DNA from: Promethearchaeia archaeon
GTDB lineage: Archaea; Asgardarchaeota; Lokiarchaeia; Sigyniarchaeales; SOKP01
Assembly: GCA_029856045.1 (NCBI GenBank)
Contig: JAHQWG010000035.1
Coordinates: forward strand, 64,001 to 128,000
Reading direction: 5' to 3'
DNA length: 64,000 bases
Translations under genes and position numbers: made by a program
Shown: piece by piece, positions 59,994 to 64,000 of the stretch
Numbering within the stretch: position 1 is the first letter of the stretch
Layout of the letters: each line of letters opens with the position of its first letter
Notes under the pieces: generated by a model
What the model was told of the DNA's origin: nothing
The model's input: the letters and a program-made list of their open reading frames with translations, nothing else
The model's database searches: none

Positions 59994-60329
59994 ATGATAA
60001 AATTCTGTCCTAAATGTAATAATTTATTACGAAAAAAAATAACTGATAAGAAATTTGTTTATTCTTGTGCTTGCGGATATTCAGAACCGTTTGAAGAAGA
60101 TATACAAGAAAAGGAAATGATTGCTAAAAATAAAATCAAAAAATATTCAGATAAAACAATTGTTCTACCAGAAATAAATGCTGTTATTTATCCAACAACT
60201 AAGGCAGAATGTAGAAAATGTGGAAATAAAGAAGTAGAATATTGGCAATCCCAAACACGTTCGGCAGATGAAGGATCCACAACTTTTTTTCGTTGCACAA
60301 AATGTAAATTTACTTGGCGTGAATATTAA
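59994..60329 (+). CDS. tfs: Transcript cleavage factor TFS
   Basis: KFCPKCNNLL, QTRSADEG, FFRCTKC..TWRE. Confidence 0.95.
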   Translation: MIKFCPKCNNLLRKKITDKKFVYSCACGYSEPFEEDIQEKEMIAKNKIKKYSDKTIVLPEINAVIYPTTKAECRKCGNKEVEYWQSQTRSADEGSTTFFRCTKCKFTWREY

Positions 60330-60336
60330 ATCTTTT

Positions 60337-60537
60337 TTAGGTTAAAACTTCTAAAATTTTTGTTAAAATATTAGCTTTACCTCCAGTAGATTGTGTTAAA
60401 GGCTTACCACATACACGACAAACAACTTTAGTGGAGGCACAACCAAAAATTATTTGTTCATTACCGCAATTCAAACATTTAACGCCCAGGAATCTTGATT
60501 TAGGATTTGGTATTAATTTTCGAATTTCTCTTGACAT
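60337..60537 (-). CDS. rps27e: Ribosomal protein S27e
   Basis: [28 protein letters not shown]. Confidence 0.97.
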   Translation of the reverse strand: MSREIRKLIPNPKSRFLGVKCLNCGNEQIIFGCASTKVVCRVCGKPLTQSTGGKANILTKILEVLT

Positions 60538-60558
60538 TTTTTTTATTCCTTTTTTTTT

Positions 60559-60840
60559 TTATACTTCAATTAATTCAAATCGTTTTACCCGATAAGATTT
60601 ACCAATTGACTTTTTTGAACACTCCGTACATTGAAATATAGGTGTAGATTTCTTGTTAATTTTAGCAAAATTATGCTGAACCTCCTTGGGCTGCGAACCA
60701 TAGCCTTTTTTCTTTCGCTCGTATCTTCTTTTGCCTTCCGCAGTTTTTCGCTCTTTTCCTTTCTTATAAATAGTTACCTTGTGTTCGGTATGCTTTTTAC
60801 AATGTTTACAATATCTTCTTTGGGTCTTGGGATACTTCAT
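60559..60840 (-). CDS. rpl44e: Ribosomal protein L44e
   Basis: MKYPK...YCKHCKKHTEH, GYGSQPK. Confidence 0.97.
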   Translation of the reverse strand: MKYPKTQRRYCKHCKKHTEHKVTIYKKGKERKTAEGKRRYERKKKGYGSQPKEVQHNFAKINKKSTPIFQCTECSKKSIGKSYRVKRFELIEV

Positions 60841-60944
60841 AAATGTTTTTTCTCGTTATTATACATATCATAAAAATTGATAAATTTTAAATTTTTTCAC
60901 AAAGAGTAAGTTTCAAAACTAATTAAACAATTATTATATTTCAA

Positions 60945-60959
60945 GAAAATTTTTATATA
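60945..60959 (+). promoter_or_regulatory. Canonical BRE-TATA promoter of pyrB
   Basis: GAAAATTTTTATATA (same string at 12427-12441), 23 nt before ATG 60983. Confidence 0.6.
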
Positions 60960-60982
60960 ATAAAAAAACTTCCTAAATGATA

Positions 60983-61909
60983 ATGAGGGATTTTAAAAAC
61001 TAGAATATATTAAGTGCAAGAGATTTTACTAGGGAAGAAATTGATTTTATTCTGCAAATCGGTAAAAAGATGGTAAATAATAAGTATTCTAAATTATTAG
61101 ATAATAAAATAATGGCTACTTTATTTTTTGAACCTTCAACCAGAACAAGATTGAGTTTTGAATCTGCAATGCTTAGATTAGGAGGAAAAGTTATTGGATT
61201 TCAAACTCGAGATGTCTCATCAGTTAAAAAGGGAGAATCTATTGCAGATACTGTTAGAACAGTTGAAAATTATTCAGATATTATTGTAATACGTCATCCT
61301 TTGGAAGGTGTAGCACGTATGGCAGCCAAATTTTCTTCAATTCCGATTATTAATGGTGGATCAGGAAGCGCAGAACACCCTACACAGGCGTTATTAGATT
61401 TATTTACAATTAAAGAAGAATGTGGAACCATTGATGGACTGAATATTGGACTCTGTGGTGATTTAAAATATGGCCGGACAGTTCATTCGCTAGCCTATCT
61501 TTTTAGTAATTATAATATAAATTTATATTTTATATCTCCTGCTTCATTGAAAATGCGATTTAGAATAACTGATTGGTTGCGTGACAAAAAGATGAAATTT
61601 AAAGAAACTGAAAAGTTCAAAGAGATATTACCAATATTAGACATTCTGTATATGACACGAATTCAAGAAGAGCGTTTTTTGGAACCAGAAGAATATGAAA
61701 AAGTTAAAGATGTATATATTCTAACTGAGAAGGATTTAGATAATACAAAAGAGAATTTTCGTTTAATGCATCCTTTACCAAGAGTTGGTGAAATATCTCC
61801 CGATATTGATAAATCTCCTAAAGCGGTTTATTTTAAACAGATGAAATATGGACTTTATCTAAGAATGGCACTGCTTGCATTAATATTAAAAGGAAATAAT
61901 TTTGTATAG
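60983..61909 (+). CDS. pyrB: Aspartate carbamoyltransferase catalytic subunit; in-frame TAG at 61001-61003
   Basis: FFEPSTRT, HPTQ, HPLPR; N-terminus MRDFKN*NILSARDFTREEI in frame with the track ORF at 61070. Confidence 0.92.
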
Positions 61910-61946
61910 ATATTGAAAATCAAGATATATTAAGTGCTGAAAGATT

Positions 61947-63998
61947 TTATAAATATCTATTTATAATTTTTTTATTTAAGGATTCAGAATCTATATATTG
62001 AGTGTCTGGTCTTATAAGAATACCTTTTTTGTCAATGGATTTATTGTAATAATTTAAATGTTTTGATGAAAAACAAAAATAACGAATCCCATATGTAATT
62101 AAATATTTTATCTTTTCATGGAAATCTTCTATATTTTTTGAATTGGGTAATAGTATGTTAAAAAGTGTGCCCCCATCTACGATTTTTTGAAATGTTTTAA
62201 ATAATGAGACTTTTTTTTCAAAATTCAATTTTGATTCAAATCGTATGAATTCTGTACTGAAACTATCATATTTATGAGAAATTTTATCAAATTCAAAATT
62301 CCATCTATTTATAAGATAATTATCTACATGAGGCTGGGAGAAAATGAAGTATTCATTTTGTTCATTATTCATTTCATTTATTCTGTTACTAATTCTAGTT
62401 AAAATTTGTTTTGCAAACTCTTGACTTTGGTCAATTCGATCAAGCTCGATATTACAATGATATAGAATAGATTCATTTAAACCAAAAAAACTGACCGCTT
62501 TAAAAGGATGATCAGGAAATACATAATTTTTATTATTAAAGAGAATTCTAGAAAGAGACTGCCAATGATGAAATGAATTTAAATATTTTTTTATTAAATC
62601 TTGTTTTATTTTAAAAATTTCAAATACCGCTGTGATATTTAAATCTAATAATTCTAGAAAGTGTTGATCATTTTGTTTTGATTCTAATGCAATTTTTGGT
62701 AAATTTATAAAAATTTTATCCAATAATATTTTGTTAAATGAATTAGGGATAGAATCATAATTTTGAGTTATTGAAGTTAATACATTGTTTATTGGATTTG
62801 CCCCTCGATTTCTATAGAAAAGTAAATTTGATTTATCAATTATATTAAAGAATCGAGTGAGAACACTTTCATTGAAGTTTTGAGAATTAACATCACTACA
62901 ATCATATAATATCAATGGATTTAAATGAACAAAATTTTGATATCGATCGTTTTTTATTGATTCAATCAAATCATTTTCTAATTCTATGATAAGACTTGGG
63001 TCAAATTCTCTCTTTTGCAAAAAACCATGAGAAAAATCTAAACTAATTTGAGATTTTCCTAAATTTAAATTAAAATTTAATTTAAAGAATTGTTCTAAAA
63101 GGAATAATAATAAACTTTTTGTATCTTTTTGATTCAATCTTGAAAGTATTGAAAGTAATATTTCATTAAACTTATATAATAAAATATCTTCATTAAAAAA
63201 TTTCTTAATATGAGTTAAAATAGAGATAAAATTTAAGAAATTAGATTTTATTTGGGTTTTTTCAAGAGGGGCATCGATTTTTATAAATCTTTTATCCATA
63301 TTATTTGTATTCTCTAAATTAGATATCGAAATAGACAAAGGACGTAAAGCCCAAGAATCTAAATGTAATAAAGATATCTGCCCTGAAAGATAGAGATCTG
63401 CTAGTTCACGAGGTAATAAATTCAATAATAGATATTGCTCTGATACTTCACTACCCAATTTTTTTAAAAATTCTTTAGGATCAGAAAATTTTTGATTTCT
63501 TAATAAGGATTCTACTTCGAAAGGTGGTAAGCCTAATCGTGTAAGTTTGTGTCTATATTCCTCAAAACCTTTTTCAATTAAAATGCCATTTATATATTCT
63601 CTTATTAGAGGAGTAGTTAAGTAATTTACTTTTGAATTAGATAACTTTAACTTTACTTCATTTGCAATTTTCCTTGCTAATTTTTCTGGCATCTCCGATT
63701 CTCGAATTAAATATTCAATGATTTTATTTATGTTAAAGAGTTCAAAAGTGTAATTTGATGTTCGGATTTGAAGAATTCTTTTTTCTTCATTAATTATATC
63801 TCCTATATCTAATAATTTCTCCAATATTCTTCCACCCAATTTTGTTAAAAAATATCCCTCTTCTCCTGATAATATGAAATTGTTTTCTTTTAGAATGTTT
63901 AAATGATATGAAATTTTACTACTATCCCCTTTTTCTTCTAAAATTCTTCTCTTTAAAGCCATAAATGGAATTGGGCTGTTTATTTCATATAAAATCTT
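61947..63998 (-). CDS. wHTH + ATP-cone + degenerate class III RNR (NrdD)-like protein (5' truncated by window)
   Basis: SSKISYHLNIL..YFLTKLG; LTTPLIREYIN; INLPKIA, FFGLNE, DGG; no glycyl-radical motif. Confidence 0.75.
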   Translation of the reverse strand, partial: KILYEINSPIPFMALKRRILEEKGDSSKISYHLNILKENNFILSGEEGYFLTKLGGRILEKLLDIGDIINEEKRILQIRTSNYTFELFNINKIIEYLIRESEMPEKLARKIANEVKLKLSNSKVNYLTTPLIREYINGILIEKGFEEYRHKLTRLGLPPFEVESLLRNQKFSDPKEFLKKLGSEVSEQYLLLNLLPRELADLYLSGQISLLHLDSWALRPLSISISNLENTNNMDKRFIKIDAPLEKTQIKSNFLNFISILTHIKKFFNEDILLYKFNEILLSILSRLNQKDTKSLLLFLLEQFFKLNFNLNLGKSQISLDFSHGFLQKREFDPSLIIELENDLIESIKNDRYQNFVHLNPLILYDCSDVNSQNFNESVLTRFFNIIDKSNLLFYRNRGANPINNVLTSITQNYDSIPNSFNKILLDKIFINLPKIALESKQNDQHFLELLDLNITAVFEIFKIKQDLIKKYLNSFHHWQSLSRILFNNKNYVFPDHPFKAVSFFGLNESILYHCNIELDRIDQSQEFAKQILTRISNRINEMNNEQNEYFIFSQPHVDNYLINRWNFEFDKISHKYDSFSTEFIRFESKLNFEKKVSLFKTFQKIVDGGTLFNILLPNSKNIEDFHEKIKYLITYGIRYFCFSSKHLNYYNKSIDKKGILIRPDTQYIDSESLNKKIINRYL

Positions 63999-64000
63999 GA

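Noticed and set aside
2021-60873. Short antisense or nested ORFs in the track (e.g. 2468, 4576, 4935, 14317, 30389, 34908, 37671, 52422, 56135, 60631)
   Set aside because: Shadows of well-supported genes with no motifs or start signals
1-64000. Genome-wide amber recoding (pyrrolysine or Gln)
   Set aside because: TAG ends csl4, DUF99, radA, PCNA and pyrB at their expected C-termini; only two internal ambers were found

Overview
Very AT-rich archaeal chromosomal window, most consistent with an Asgard archaeon (Lokiarchaeia-like). This is inferred from archaeal information-processing genes together with Rab/Arf-like GTPases, a roadblock protein and a TPR protein. Both ends carry housekeeping genes: csl4, rpoL, RNase III-like, DUF99 and EF-1alpha on the left; aIF2alpha, Nop10, GINS, PriS/L, PCNA, TFS, S27e, L44e and pyrB on the right. 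Between them (about 15-54 kb) is a cluster that looks like a dedicated DNA-transfer/recombination programme. It holds two divergent TFB (TFIIB) paralogs, a membrane operon with a VirB4/HerA-type pseudo-ATPase, two small pilin/CedA1-like membrane proteins, RadA and RadB paralogs, a SWIM-containing Hel308-like helicase, a Hef/FANCM-like helicase with a dead nuclease domain, a stand-alone XPF nuclease, a FEN1 paralog and an MglAB module. About 20 transcription units here share a TATA box preceded by a T-run (T5-8-[ACG]-TTTWWAWA) instead of the purine-rich BRE of the housekeeping genes, suggesting an alternative-TFB regulon. Other observations: three genes apparently starting at ATT, in-frame amber codons in pyrB and in a DUF3303-like gene, a candidate ~110-nt structured ncRNA, an unannotated 35-aa membrane peptide and two degenerate ribonucleotide-reductase derivatives. 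No tRNA, rRNA, CRISPR, integrase or transposase was seen. All family calls are from motif recognition by eye; no searches were run.
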